Shown: positions 55,443 to 64,000 of the stretch, piece after piece
Numbering within the stretch: position 1 is the first letter of the stretch
Layout of the letters: each line of letters starts with the position of its first letter
Source of the DNA: an uncultured Gammaproteobacteria bacterium
Lineage (GTDB): Bacteria; Patescibacteriota; Microgenomatia; Levybacterales; GWA1-39-11
Length of the DNA: 64,000 nt
Direction of reading: 5' to 3'
Assembly: GCA_964511965.1 (NCBI GenBank)
Contig: CAZEGF010000022.1
Span: 12,101 to 76,100 of the forward strand
Notes under the pieces: model-generated
The model's input: the letters and a program-made list of their open reading frames with translations, nothing else
Told to the model about the DNA's origin: nothing
Database searches by the model: none
Translations under genes and position numbers: made by a program

Positions 55443-55652
55443 TTAATCCAGACTATCGCCCTTGTCATAAACAAACGATTGCGGTTTTAATCTCATAGCT
55501 AATTCTTCTGCTTGAGCTTGTATTTCTGCGGGTGTTTTGAAAGAGTTAGAAGGAATAAAATCTACACCTTCAATAAGTCTACAAGGATCGGGTGCTTCGT
55601 TTTGTATAGGTTGGGTAGCATCTACAGGTGTAAAGCCCCTTATTTCTGACAT
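55443..55652 (-). CDS. Hypothetical small protein
   Basis: 69-aa ORF only. Confidence 0.3.
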   Translation of the reverse strand: MSEIRGFTPVDATQPIQNEAPDPCRLIEGVDFIPSNSFKTPAEIQAQAEELAMRLKPQSFVYDKGDSLD

Positions 55653-55824
55653 TACAATATTCTAAATGACATAAATTGAATTATCAAGTAAAATATAGTT
55701 GCCAATTTATGTAAAAATTGGTACTCTAGCGGATACTAGTTGTTATTTATTAGTTGATAGTTGTTATAATATTTAGTAACTATTAAATACTAAATAATGG
55801 TATGAAGGGTGGTGTTTTAGCATT

Positions 55825-56112
55825 ATGATGAATCCATTCAAACAAGCAGCAGAAATCAAAAGACTTCGGGACCAAGCAAAAAAAATCCAAGACGAATTAG
55901 CTCAAATTGAGGTAGAATCCGAAAAGGGAAGAGTAAAGGTAGTTATGAGCGGGGACATGAAAGTAAAGTCAGTTGAAATTAATGGTGAGGAAATGAAGGA
56001 CGCCCGTGAAGCATTCAATGAAGCTGTCGACCGAGCACAGAAAAAATCTGCACAAAAAATGCAGCAAATGGGAGCAGGATTGCAAGATCTTTTAGGAGGC
56101 TTGGGACAATAG
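55825..56112 (+). CDS. ybaB: Nucleoid-associated protein YbaB/EbfC
   Basis: MMNPFKQAAEIKRLRDQAKKIQDELAQIEVESEKGRVKVVMSGDMKVKSVEING is typical of the YbaB family. Confidence 0.85.
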   Translation: MMNPFKQAAEIKRLRDQAKKIQDELAQIEVESEKGRVKVVMSGDMKVKSVEINGEEMKDAREAFNEAVDRAQKKSAQKMQQMGAGLQDLLGGLGQ

Positions 56113-56128
56113 AATTGAGAATTGAAAG

Positions 56129-57040
56129 TTGAGAATTCCTATGGTTTTTTTTGGAGATGGACAGAACGTGCCTCTTTCTAAAGGGATTGCAGCAACCCTC
56201 AAAACCACTGCCATTTATCCTGAGGTTACAGTGTTTTCTGATGGGGAAAGGCGGGTTCGTTTAAAGCTTGAAGTACTAAACGAGGACGTTGTTTTTTTAA
56301 AGTCAGCTTCTATTACTCCAAATGTCGATTCACTTGTAGTTGAAACTACATTTATCATAGATGCATTGAGAAGAAGTGGGGCAAAGTCAGTTACCGGTAT
56401 ATTTCCTCATTTTCCATATAGTCGAGGGGACCATTTATTTGGGGTTGGTGAGGCTGTCCCTCTGGAGGTTGTTATCCGGATGTTTGAAAGTGCGGGTCTA
56501 ACAAAAGTACTTTTCGTTGACCCTCATACAGTTAAAATTAGCGAGATGTTTGCTATACCATCAGTTAATGTTTCCGCACATTCATTGTTTTCTAAGAAAA
56601 TTAAATCGCTTGGATTTAACGAGAAAGATTCAATTCTTGTGAGTCCAGACAACGGGGGGCTAAGAAGGGTCAAGGCTCTTTCAGAAACTCTAAAAAACGC
56701 ACCATATATTGCGCTTGAAAAAAATAGAAATCACACAACAGGTAAAATAAAATTTGGAAAACTGAATGAAAAAGTAGCACCAAATTGCTACATTGTTGAT
56801 GATGAAATAGCTGGTGGCGGAACCGTTTTAAAAGCTATGGAAATACTCAAACAAAGTGGAGCTAAAAATATATTTGTGTTTGCAACGCACGCTGTTTTTT
56901 CAGGTAAAGCCCCTCAATTGCTCCAAAAATCAGAAGCCAGTAAAATTATTGTTACTGATAGTATCCCCGTAGGAAAAGACAAACATTTTAGAAAGCTAGA
57001 AGTTATATCGTTAGCTTCTATTATCGGCCAAAAGTTGTAG
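56129..57040 (+). CDS. prs: Ribose-phosphate pyrophosphokinase (PRPP synthetase) homologue, divergent
   Basis: FSDGE...ALRRSGAKSVTGIFPHFPYSRGD (vs IPYFGYARQD), VSPDNGGLRR, and YIVDDEIAGGGTV (vs VDDMIDTGGT). TTG start; an ATG 12 nt downstream is an alternative. Confidence 0.7.
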   Translation: MRIPMVFFGDGQNVPLSKGIAATLKTTAIYPEVTVFSDGERRVRLKLEVLNEDVVFLKSASITPNVDSLVVETTFIIDALRRSGAKSVTGIFPHFPYSRGDHLFGVGEAVPLEVVIRMFESAGLTKVLFVDPHTVKISEMFAIPSVNVSAHSLFSKKIKSLGFNEKDSILVSPDNGGLRRVKALSETLKNAPYIALEKNRNHTTGKIKFGKLNEKVAPNCYIVDDEIAGGGTVLKAMEILKQSGAKNIFVFATHAVFSGKAPQLLQKSEASKIIVTDSIPVGKDKHFRKLEVISLASIIGQKL

Positions 57041-57805
57041 AACTTGTGTGTGAAGAACTCCATTTGAAGCGACAATATTTGGAGATGTCCTTAACAAATC
57101 ATTCCCATCAAAATCTGTAACTTTTCCGCCTGCTTCTCGAATAAGTACCGTTCCTGCTGCAATATCCCAATAGTTGAACTTTGTTTTAAAGTAAAAATCC
57201 AAATGCCCTTCGGCAACAGATGCCAAATGCAACGCTCCACTTCCAAAAATCCTTACTCCTCGCACTTTCTCCCGGATCTTATATAGGAGATCAAAATCAC
57301 TTTCCCGTGTCTCCATTTTTGAAGAGTTTTCTGTTGCAAAAAGAGTTTTAAGTAAGTTTAATTCTGTCGAAACATGAATTTCCTTGCCATTTAGAGTTGC
57401 ACCTTCGCCTTTTATTGCAACGAAAAGTTTGTCATAAACAGCCTGATAAATAACTCCTAATACTAAAACTCCATCTTTCTCTAGAGCAATTGAAACGCAG
57501 TATTCATTGATATGACGCTCAAAATTGATAGTTCCGTCAACCGGGTCAATAACCCACATATAACTTGATGAGATATCATTTTGTCCACTTTCTTCCGATA
57601 GAATAGCGTGATCCGGAAAGTTTTCCCTGATTTTTTTGACAATGAGACTTTCGGATTTGGTATCTGCCTCAGCTAAAATATCGTATGGTCCTTTTTCTTG
57701 AAATTTTATGTCTTGTGTTGAGAGCTGAAGTGCGAGTGCACCTGCTTCTTTTGCAGCCTCAACTGCAATTCGTTTGAATTCATCCATTAGACAATGATAA
57801 CACAT
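57011..57805 (-). CDS. suhB: Inositol monophosphatase family protein (SuhB-like)
   Basis: WVIDPVDGTINFERHINEYCVSIA, the IMPase signature, and a C-terminal WDIAAG motif. Confidence 0.85.
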   Translation of the reverse strand: MCYHCLMDEFKRIAVEAAKEAGALALQLSTQDIKFQEKGPYDILAEADTKSESLIVKKIRENFPDHAILSEESGQNDISSSYMWVIDPVDGTINFERHINEYCVSIALEKDGVLVLGVIYQAVYDKLFVAIKGEGATLNGKEIHVSTELNLLKTLFATENSSKMETRESDFDLLYKIREKVRGVRIFGSGALHLASVAEGHLDFYFKTKFNYWDIAAGTVLIREAGGKVTDFDGNDLLRTSPNIVASNGVLHTQVLQLLADNRS

Positions 57806-58112
57806 TGCCCGGAGAAACCGTTTGCGTTTGATCGAGAGTTACTATATGCCCCGGAATTAATCTTCTTAAAGTTTCAACAGCAGCAAGTTCAACTCCAATA
57901 TGAACAGCGGATGAAGGAAGATCATTAAATTCACCCTGTCTGATATCCCCAATTGCATTTGATGTGTCAAGAGCAGCTGACAAAACCCCAACAGCAACAA
58001 CCGTTTTGTAAGCCTTGCTTCGCAAAATATTTTGAATTCCCCCATGAATCCATTCATTTGTCCATGCTTCTTCTGCTAGTGATTGCAAACCATAGCCCAT
58101 TTCTCTAATCAT
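57780..58112 (-). CDS. Hypothetical protein
   Basis: 110-aa ORF overlapping the suhB start by about 25 nt. Confidence 0.35.
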   Translation of the reverse strand: MIREMGYGLQSLAEEAWTNEWIHGGIQNILRSKAYKTVVAVGVLSAALDTSNAIGDIRQGEFNDLPSSAVHIGVELAAVETLRRLIPGHIVTLDQTQTVSPGNVLSLSNG

Positions 58113-58226
58113 ATACTATAAGTTTAGACCTTAACTACAGAAAGTCAATTATTTCACTAATATTTTGTGAAGTTTTTGAGAGGTAGATATCAAGTTCAAA
58201 TTGAATACTAGCGATAAACTAGCATC

Positions 58227-58469
58227 ATGAAACTGACAAATGCAGAGATACTAAAAACAAACACAGCTGAAAATGTAACTTTGAAAGACAGAATTTCTGA
58301 AGCTGAGAATAAGGCAACCGGTGAAGAATTGAAATTGCACGAGGCTGAGGAGGATGCACGAAGTCTGGATTTACTTTTACAACAAATAGAAGCGACACAC
58401 GAGAAAAAAGAAGAAGCAGAGCGCAAAGGAAAAGAAACGTCGGAAAAAATAGCTGAAATATCAGGATAG
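58227..58469 (+). CDS. Hypothetical coiled-coil protein
   Basis: 80-aa ORF. Confidence 0.3.
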   Translation: MKLTNAEILKTNTAENVTLKDRISEAENKATGEELKLHEAEEDARSLDLLLQQIEATHEKKEEAERKGKETSEKIAEISG

Positions 58470-58535
58470 TAAGAAATAAGAATGAATTATTAAGAACGGA
58501 CTAATCACTAATTACTATTCACTAATCACTAATTT

Positions 58536-58832
58536 ATGACATACAAAACATTACAAACTAATTTTGAAAAAGAACTTTTGTTCCATCTGATATTTAGTTT
58601 GAAAAGAAAAAAGATCACAAAAGATCAGGGGCAAAAAATCGCAAAAGAATTTTTGGAGGTGCTACGCTGTGCCGACAATCCTGAGGATTTTTTGCAAGGG
58701 ATTTCAAAAATTGCTCCTTATTATTTAGAAATAAGAGAGAGTTTTCTAAAAGTGGTGCCGGAATATGAGAAAGAAAATGTTGAAGAAAGACTAATTAATG
58801 TAAGACAAATTTTGAAAGGAGGAAGTATCTAA
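58536..58832 (+). CDS. Hypothetical protein
   Basis: 98-aa ORF; the next ORF starts 3 nt after its stop. Confidence 0.4.
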   Translation: MTYKTLQTNFEKELLFHLIFSLKRKKITKDQGQKIAKEFLEVLRCADNPEDFLQGISKIAPYYLEIRESFLKVVPEYEKENVEERLINVRQILKGGSI

Positions 58833-58834
58833 CT

Positions 58835-59527
58835 ATGGAAACAATGGAAATGCCAATGACACAAGGAGTTTCACAAACAATAGACACTCAGGAGTTGGAA
58901 GTTAGGAGTTTGGAGCTGGAACAAGAATCAGAGAATTCGAACGAGGAATTAAGAGGAAGTATGCATGAGAGTCAAACGATAGATTCGCTTTTAGAACATG
59001 CAGCTGAGGAGGGAACGGGGTTTGAAGATATTTTAGAAAAAATTGCTGAAGGGGAATTTGAAGAAGAGTCAAGTGAGGGAAAGGCAGAGACAGAAGTGCA
59101 AACTGAAGCAGATGATGAAATAGTTGAAGAAGAAATGTTAGATGAGGATGTCACTATGTCTTCTGAGGAATTTCAAGTTCTTGAGGAAAAAATGGATACT
59201 GTCATTGAAAATACAAAGGAAATTTTGGAAAAACAAGATACGGCTTCACCCGAAATCCGTATGTCTTCAAAAGAATTCTTTGACATGATTTTAGCAATGT
59301 ATTTACTGGCCAAACAAGAAAAAAGTAAAAAGAGAAAGAGCAGCATGTTCTTATTTCTGATTAATCTTATTGGAACATTTATGCAATCCATAGCAGATCC
59401 TGAATCCTTGGACAAAAAAGTTGAAAGCATGAAGACAGCGGAGTTGGAGGAGGAAGAGCCTGATGAAGATAATCTCATTGACATGGTGAAATACCTTGAG
59501 AAGAACAAAATGCTGAATGTAGCATAA
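58835..59527 (+). CDS. Hypothetical highly acidic protein
   Basis: 230-aa Glu-rich ORF, co-directional with and tightly spaced from the previous ORF. Confidence 0.45.
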   Translation: METMEMPMTQGVSQTIDTQELEVRSLELEQESENSNEELRGSMHESQTIDSLLEHAAEEGTGFEDILEKIAEGEFEEESSEGKAETEVQTEADDEIVEEEMLDEDVTMSSEEFQVLEEKMDTVIENTKEILEKQDTASPEIRMSSKEFFDMILAMYLLAKQEKSKKRKSSMFLFLINLIGTFMQSIADPESLDKKVESMKTAELEEEEPDEDNLIDMVKYLEKNKMLNVA

Positions 59528-59575
59528 ATTAATCCTCTTTAATTCTTAATTCGGATGATATACTATCCTTAAACC

Positions 59576-60817
59576 ATGAAATATTCTCAATTATTTGTAA
59601 GTACTCTTCGTGAGGCTCCAAAAGAAGCAGAGACCACCAACCACAAACTACTTGTACAGGGAGGATTTGTAGATCAGTTAATGGCTGGTGTTTTTTCCTA
59701 TCTCCCTCTTGGTTTGAAAGTACTCCGAAACATTGAGCAAATTGTTAGAGAGGAAATGGATAAAATTGGAGGTTCTGAAATTCTCATGCCAATTTTACAC
59801 CCGAGTGATGTTTGGAAAACAACAGGCGGGTGGGACAGCATAGATGTACTTTTCAAAATTAAATCCCGCACAGAAAAGGATTATGCTTTAGGGCAAAGTG
59901 AGGAAGAAGTGGTAACACCTCTAGTTATGTCTAGAGTCAACACCTACAAAGATTTGCCTATTGCTGTCTATCAAATCCATTGGAAGTACCGTGATGAGTT
60001 GAGGGCAAAATCAGGAATATTGCGGGGCCGTGAATTTTTTATGAAAGATATGTATTCATTTCATGAAAATCAGGAAGATTTTGACAGATTTTACCAAGAG
60101 GTTAAAGAAGCATATTTGAGAATCTACAGTCGATTGGGATTGACAGCTAAAGTAACAGAAGCATCGGGAGGATCTTTCTCAAAAAAGATTTCATACGAAT
60201 TCATGGTTCTAACTGATGCCGGGGAGGATGACATTTTGTATTGTGATAAATGTGATTATTGCGTCAATGTTGAGGTTGCTGAAGGTAAAAATGAGGGAGA
60301 CACCTGCCCTCGTTGTAATGAGTCAAATTTACTTAAAGCTCGAGCATCTGAAGTTGGGAATGTATTTGATCTGGGGCAAAAATATGGGAAAGACTTTGAT
60401 CTGGGTTTTTTGGACAGAGATGGGCAAAAACAATTTCCTATCATGGGTTGTTATGGAATTGGAATTTCACGGGCAATGGGTGTTATTGTTGAGAAATTTA
60501 ACGACGAGCGGGGGATAATTTGGCCTGAGGAAGTTTCTCCATTTCAAGTGTATCTAATTTCAATTGGAAAAGATGAAGAGGCAAATGCTTTATATGAAGA
60601 GCTAAAACAAAAAGGGGTAGAGGTGTTATTTGATGACAGGGATAAAAATCCCGGAGAAAAATTTGGCGATTGCGATCTTTTAGGAATCCCAATGCGAATA
60701 GTTCTGTCAGGCAAATTAGAAGAAGGAATGGTAGAAGTTAAAAAGAGAACCGAAAGTGACGTTTCAATACTATCGAAGGAGAAATTAATGAATTTATTAA
60801 TTTCTTATAATAACTAA
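59576..60817 (+). CDS. proS: Prolyl-tRNA synthetase lacking the INS editing domain, with a Cys4 zinc-ribbon insertion
   Basis: MKYSQLFVSTLREAPKEAETTNHKLLVQGGF is the ProRS N-terminus, followed by class II motifs. The 413-aa length means no editing domain. CDKCDYC...CPRC insert. Confidence 0.9.
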   Translation: MKYSQLFVSTLREAPKEAETTNHKLLVQGGFVDQLMAGVFSYLPLGLKVLRNIEQIVREEMDKIGGSEILMPILHPSDVWKTTGGWDSIDVLFKIKSRTEKDYALGQSEEEVVTPLVMSRVNTYKDLPIAVYQIHWKYRDELRAKSGILRGREFFMKDMYSFHENQEDFDRFYQEVKEAYLRIYSRLGLTAKVTEASGGSFSKKISYEFMVLTDAGEDDILYCDKCDYCVNVEVAEGKNEGDTCPRCNESNLLKARASEVGNVFDLGQKYGKDFDLGFLDRDGQKQFPIMGCYGIGISRAMGVIVEKFNDERGIIWPEEVSPFQVYLISIGKDEEANALYEELKQKGVEVLFDDRDKNPGEKFGDCDLLGIPMRIVLSGKLEEGMVEVKKRTESDVSILSKEKLMNLLISYNN

Positions 60818-60849
60818 ACCCTAAACGCTTCCTTAACTAAATGCTAGCG

Positions 60850-61434
60850 TTAGCGCTTTATAAACCCAAATATTATTGCCCAGAAGAGCCCCCAGACGAT
60901 TATAAAAACCAGTCCTAGGACTATTAATACAGGTAATGAAATTTTTGATTTCTTCTTTGCACCTGCTGCGGGCGTAGCTGTACCGGGTACAGTCGGGGAG
61001 GCTGGCGGTTGGTGAGCTGTACCACTAAATGCAAAAGTATTTCCTTCACTGATTGGTCTTGCGGGAGCACTACTTAAAGCTTGTTCAGCAGTACTATCCA
61101 TTGTTGGCATCCCATTCATTGGTGGCATGGCTCCGCCCAGAGGGTTGGGCGCAGCGGGTTGTGCTGGTGCAGTAGGCATTTCTAATGGGGGCGGCATAGT
61201 TCCACCCAGAGGATTTGGAGCGGCGGGTTCAGCTGGCATTACTGGAGGTGTTGTTCCAAGCGGTGGCGGCATTGAAGGAGTACCAAGGGGGCTTTGTCCT
61301 GCAGGAGGCGTAGCCGATGTTGCAAGAGGCGGAGTAGTGCCAGGAGTAGCTGCTGCTTTACTACCTGAAGTATTCATAACTCTATCGTAAATTTCCTTCA
61401 GTTCCGGGGTAAGGTTGGTCTTTTTTGTATCCAT
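60850..61434 (-). CDS. Pro-rich membrane-anchored protein with APNPLGG(A/T)MPP repeats and a C-terminal TM
   Basis: 194-aa ORF with low-complexity Pro/Ala/Gly repeats and C-terminal ISLPVLIVLGLVFIIVWGLFWAIIFGFIKR. Confidence 0.5.
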   Translation of the reverse strand: MDTKKTNLTPELKEIYDRVMNTSGSKAAATPGTTPPLATSATPPAGQSPLGTPSMPPPLGTTPPVMPAEPAAPNPLGGTMPPPLEMPTAPAQPAAPNPLGGAMPPMNGMPTMDSTAEQALSSAPARPISEGNTFAFSGTAHQPPASPTVPGTATPAAGAKKKSKISLPVLIVLGLVFIIVWGLFWAIIFGFIKR

Positions 61435-61593
61435 GGCAGTACCTTAGTTTATTTATTATCGGGTTTAAATGTCAAGGCTTCATTGTTTTTGAGGTTAAAA
61501 ACCAGTATACTAACATATAATTTAAAATTTGAAATTTAAAATTTAAAAAATTGACTAAAAATTATAAATTCAAAATTAAAAATTTGTAAACAT

Positions 61594-62508
61594 ATGAGAA
61601 AAATCGTAACCCATAAAAGTTCAGACCTTGACGCTGTAACAAGCGTTTGGCTTCTCAAGCGGTTTTTGCCAGGTTGGGAAGAGGCAGAAATTGCATTTGT
61701 TAATGCAGGGGAAAAACTTGCTGGAGATTATTCATCCAGTCATCCTGAGCAAAGCGAAGGATCTCAAGCAATTGAAACTGTTGATGGTATTCCAGTAATT
61801 CACGTAGATACAGGACTTGGAGCATTGGATCATCATCAAACAGCAGATAATAATATATGTGGTGCAAGCCTGACATTAGATTTCGTACTGACAAACCCCG
61901 AATCAACCCTACATAAGCACGACAATAAAAGAGATGCAGTTAAAAGGATTGTAGAGCTTGTTATTGATGACGATCATTTTCAAGAAGTATATTATCCGGA
62001 TAGTAATGCAGATGTATATGAAGCTGGAATAGTTGCAATTATACAAGGATATAAAATCCTACATAAAGGTGATGACATGGCGCTTGTTGAGTTTTGTTTT
62101 GAATTGTTGGATGACATTTTGCATAACCTGGAAGCCAAAATTTGGGCAGAAAGCGAAATAAAAGAGAAAGGAATTGAGTTTGAATCTAAATGGGGTAAAG
62201 CAATTGGAGTTGAGACTATCAATGATGAGGTATTGAAAAGAGCGCAGATGATGGGATATACAGTATCTGTCCGGAAAGACCCGAGTGTTGGTTTTATTCG
62301 GATAAAAGCTCTTCCTGATAAAAGGGGAGGGGATAGTCTTAATATTGATTTGACGGAAACCTATGATAAATTAAAATCAATGGATCCCGATTCTTCATGG
62401 TTCCTTCACGCTTCAAAAAGAATGCTTCTCAATGGTTCTTCCAAAAATCCTGAGATGAAGGGGAGTAAACTCACTCTTGAACAGGTGATAGAGGTCTTAA
62501 AAGTATAG
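61594..62508 (+). CDS. DHH-family phosphoesterase (NrnA-like), tentative
   Basis: N-terminal HKSSDLDAVTSVWLL (DHH motif I/II-like) and GALDHHQT (DHH motif III). Confidence 0.5.
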   Translation: MRKIVTHKSSDLDAVTSVWLLKRFLPGWEEAEIAFVNAGEKLAGDYSSSHPEQSEGSQAIETVDGIPVIHVDTGLGALDHHQTADNNICGASLTLDFVLTNPESTLHKHDNKRDAVKRIVELVIDDDHFQEVYYPDSNADVYEAGIVAIIQGYKILHKGDDMALVEFCFELLDDILHNLEAKIWAESEIKEKGIEFESKWGKAIGVETINDEVLKRAQMMGYTVSVRKDPSVGFIRIKALPDKRGGDSLNIDLTETYDKLKSMDPDSSWFLHASKRMLLNGSSKNPEMKGSKLTLEQVIEVLKV

Positions 62509-63052
62509 GTACGAGTTGTTGCAAAACTCGCGTATCATTATCAACAACACCAACCGTAAAATCATAATCAATCTCATCAATCTTACCAACTGTTCGTTCA
62601 TATAATCCATGATGGTCTTCTCTCGCTTCAAAATCTATGAGTGATCTTTTCCTCTTATTATCAACTCGATAATCATCAATGATTGTTTCAGGATGCATAT
62701 TGGTCATTACCCGTAAAATTGGGCGGGAAGATATACCTCGTTCTGCATCAGTTCTTACTGCTTTCATAGCGAAAGTACGAGCAAGGGTAATTGTGTAACT
62801 AAAAAACAGAGGATGTATGTGTTTTCCTTTCATTCTGTCAGGGTCTATGAGTGAGTAATAAGTGTATTGTGCATCCACACTGTCGGGTGTTTGTTCTGGA
62901 TCATAACTTTTTGCTAACTCAATTAATTGATCACGATATGTTGAAGTGCCGTGCAACCCAACGTTTGGACGAGCAAGCTTGAGTAATTCTTTTTCGACTT
63001 CGCGTCTTTCAGGGGAAAGTTTATAGGGGTTTCTTTTTGGAAAAAATTCCAT
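62471..63052 (-). CDS. Hypothetical protein
   Basis: 193-aa ORF. Confidence 0.45.
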   Translation of the reverse strand: MEFFPKRNPYKLSPERREVEKELLKLARPNVGLHGTSTYRDQLIELAKSYDPEQTPDSVDAQYTYYSLIDPDRMKGKHIHPLFFSYTITLARTFAMKAVRTDAERGISSRPILRVMTNMHPETIIDDYRVDNKRKRSLIDFEAREDHHGLYERTVGKIDEIDYDFTVGVVDNDTRVLQQLVPILLRPLSPVQE

Positions 63053-63071
63053 GTGTGGATTTTACCACAAC

Positions 63072-63422
63072 TTATTCAATAATTTTGTATTCAGCGTCTA
63101 TAAATTTTGGATCATCTTGAGGAACATCAGGAATATCTATTCTGGTTCCAAACATAAAAATAGCATCCTCACAAAATTCATTACGTCTCCTGCGATAAGG
63201 ATCGACAATATTTGCAATTGTTATCTCACCCACACCAATTCCAACGGTACTTACACCAGTAGTTGCTAACAAAATACCCTTCGGGATATCATAGGATATG
63301 CTTTCGGCAACCCCAAGACCAGCGATAAGTGATCCTGTGCCGATTGTTGCAAGTCCAAGTCTTCTAATAATTTTATGGCCGTTCTCTTTCATATTATTCA
63401 GCTGTTGTTTCTTGAGGAACAT
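63072..63422 (-). CDS. Hypothetical membrane protein
   Basis: 116 aa with two TM helices. Confidence 0.4.
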   Translation of the reverse strand: MFLKKQQLNNMKENGHKIIRRLGLATIGTGSLIAGLGVAESISYDIPKGILLATTGVSTVGIGVGEITIANIVDPYRRRRNEFCEDAIFMFGTRIDIPDVPQDDPKFIDAEYKIIE

Positions 63423-64000
63423 TATTTTCAGAATTGTGAAGATCTTTTAAGAGTTCATCAATATCTCCATCCATAAAAGTAGGGAGATTGTGGTAGGATT
63501 TGCCTATTCTGTGATCTGTAACTCTGTCTTGTGGGAAATTGTATGTCCGAATTTTCTCATTACGCATTCCACTTCCAACTTGTGTAGATTTAAGTTCTGC
63601 AACTTCAAGGTGTTGCTTTTCAACTTCAGCTTCCCACAATTTAGAACGAAGAACTTCCATAGCATTTTCTCGATTTTGATTTTGAGACCTCTCACGAGAT
63701 GCTGTTACAATAATTCCAGATGGGATATGCTTGACTCTTACCGCAGTACTAACCTTATTTACATTCTGTCCTCCATGCCCACCAGCTCGAAAAGCTTCAA
63801 ATTCGATATCCTCTGGTCTGATATGAAGATCAATATCTTGAAGTTCAGGCAAAATACTAACAACAGCAGTTGATGTGTGAACCCGTCCGCGCTTTTCAGT
63901 AAGAGGGACACGTTGCACACGGTGCACCCCTGACTCAAATTTGAAAGTTCCAAAAGCTCTTTTATTGATAATTTTTACACTAAATTCATCCAGCATTTCT
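63394..64000 (-). CDS. prfA: Peptide chain release factor 1 (C-terminal two-thirds; N-terminus beyond the window end)
   Basis: [20 protein letters not shown] (PxT anticodon motif, hence RF1 rather than RF2), GGQNVNKV (GGQ motif), [15 protein letters not shown]. Confidence 0.85.
   Translation of the reverse strand, partial: EMLDEFSVKIINKRAFGTFKFESGVHRVQRVPLTEKRGRVHTSTAVVSILPELQDIDLHIRPEDIEFEAFRAGGHGGQNVNKVSTAVRVKHIPSGIIVTASRERSQNQNRENAMEVLRSKLWEAEVEKQHLEVAELKSTQVGSGMRNEKIRTYNFPQDRVTDHRIGKSYHNLPTFMDGDIDELLKDLHNSENNVPQETTAE

Noticed and set aside
1786-61590. Tandem word repeats as CRISPR arrays
   Set aside because: Repeat period is 6-13 nt with no unique spacers of 25-40 nt, there are no cas genes, and the arrays are degenerate.
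1-64000. Alternative genetic code (UGA recoding, as in some CPR lineages)
   Set aside because: Conserved genes (rpsB, frr, recR, ychF, dnaX, proS, ABC-F) translate full-length with standard stops. There are no in-frame TGA interruptions.

Overview
Low-GC bacterial chromosome segment, probably from a CPR/Patescibacteria-like organism: compact housekeeping genes, a 150-aa EF-Ts, a ProRS without editing domain, and many secreted Cys-rich or low-complexity surface proteins. Recognisable genes include glyA (5' partial), rpsB-tsf-rseP-frr-recR, an FKBP PPIase, trhO, an MFS transporter, an ABC-F ATPase, an HxlR regulator, a CDF transporter, a MgtE-N/CBS protein with an NRAMP transporter, an FAD oxidase, a deoxysugar cluster (cupin / NAD-reductase / C-methyltransferase), ychF, a HIT protein, rpsU-ybeY-dnaX, a polyprenyl synthetase, ybaB, prs, an IMPase, proS, a DHH phosphoesterase and prfA (partial). 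Three short islands are clearly GC-rich by eye against the low-GC background; no exact percentages were computed. Island 1 (29.34-32.56 kb) is an operon with strong Shine-Dalgarno sites ending in a PEP synthase. Island 2 (48.94-49.93 kb) is non-coding, dense with hairpins, and holds a 69-bp near-perfect direct repeat, so it is a candidate large structured RNA. Island 3 (52.44-54.21 kb) encodes five small ORFs with strong RBSs, three of them Cys-rich and paralog-like. Almost every intergenic spacer is built from short repeated 'words' (TTGAGAATTGAGA, ACTAATCACTAAT, TAAACGC, CTTAATACTTAATTCT, AGCAAG/AGAAGT hexamers). The hexamer repeats also sit in-frame inside rseP, recR, dnaX and the N-terminal tails of surface proteins. 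No CRISPR array, tRNA, rRNA or recognisable transposase/integrase was found.
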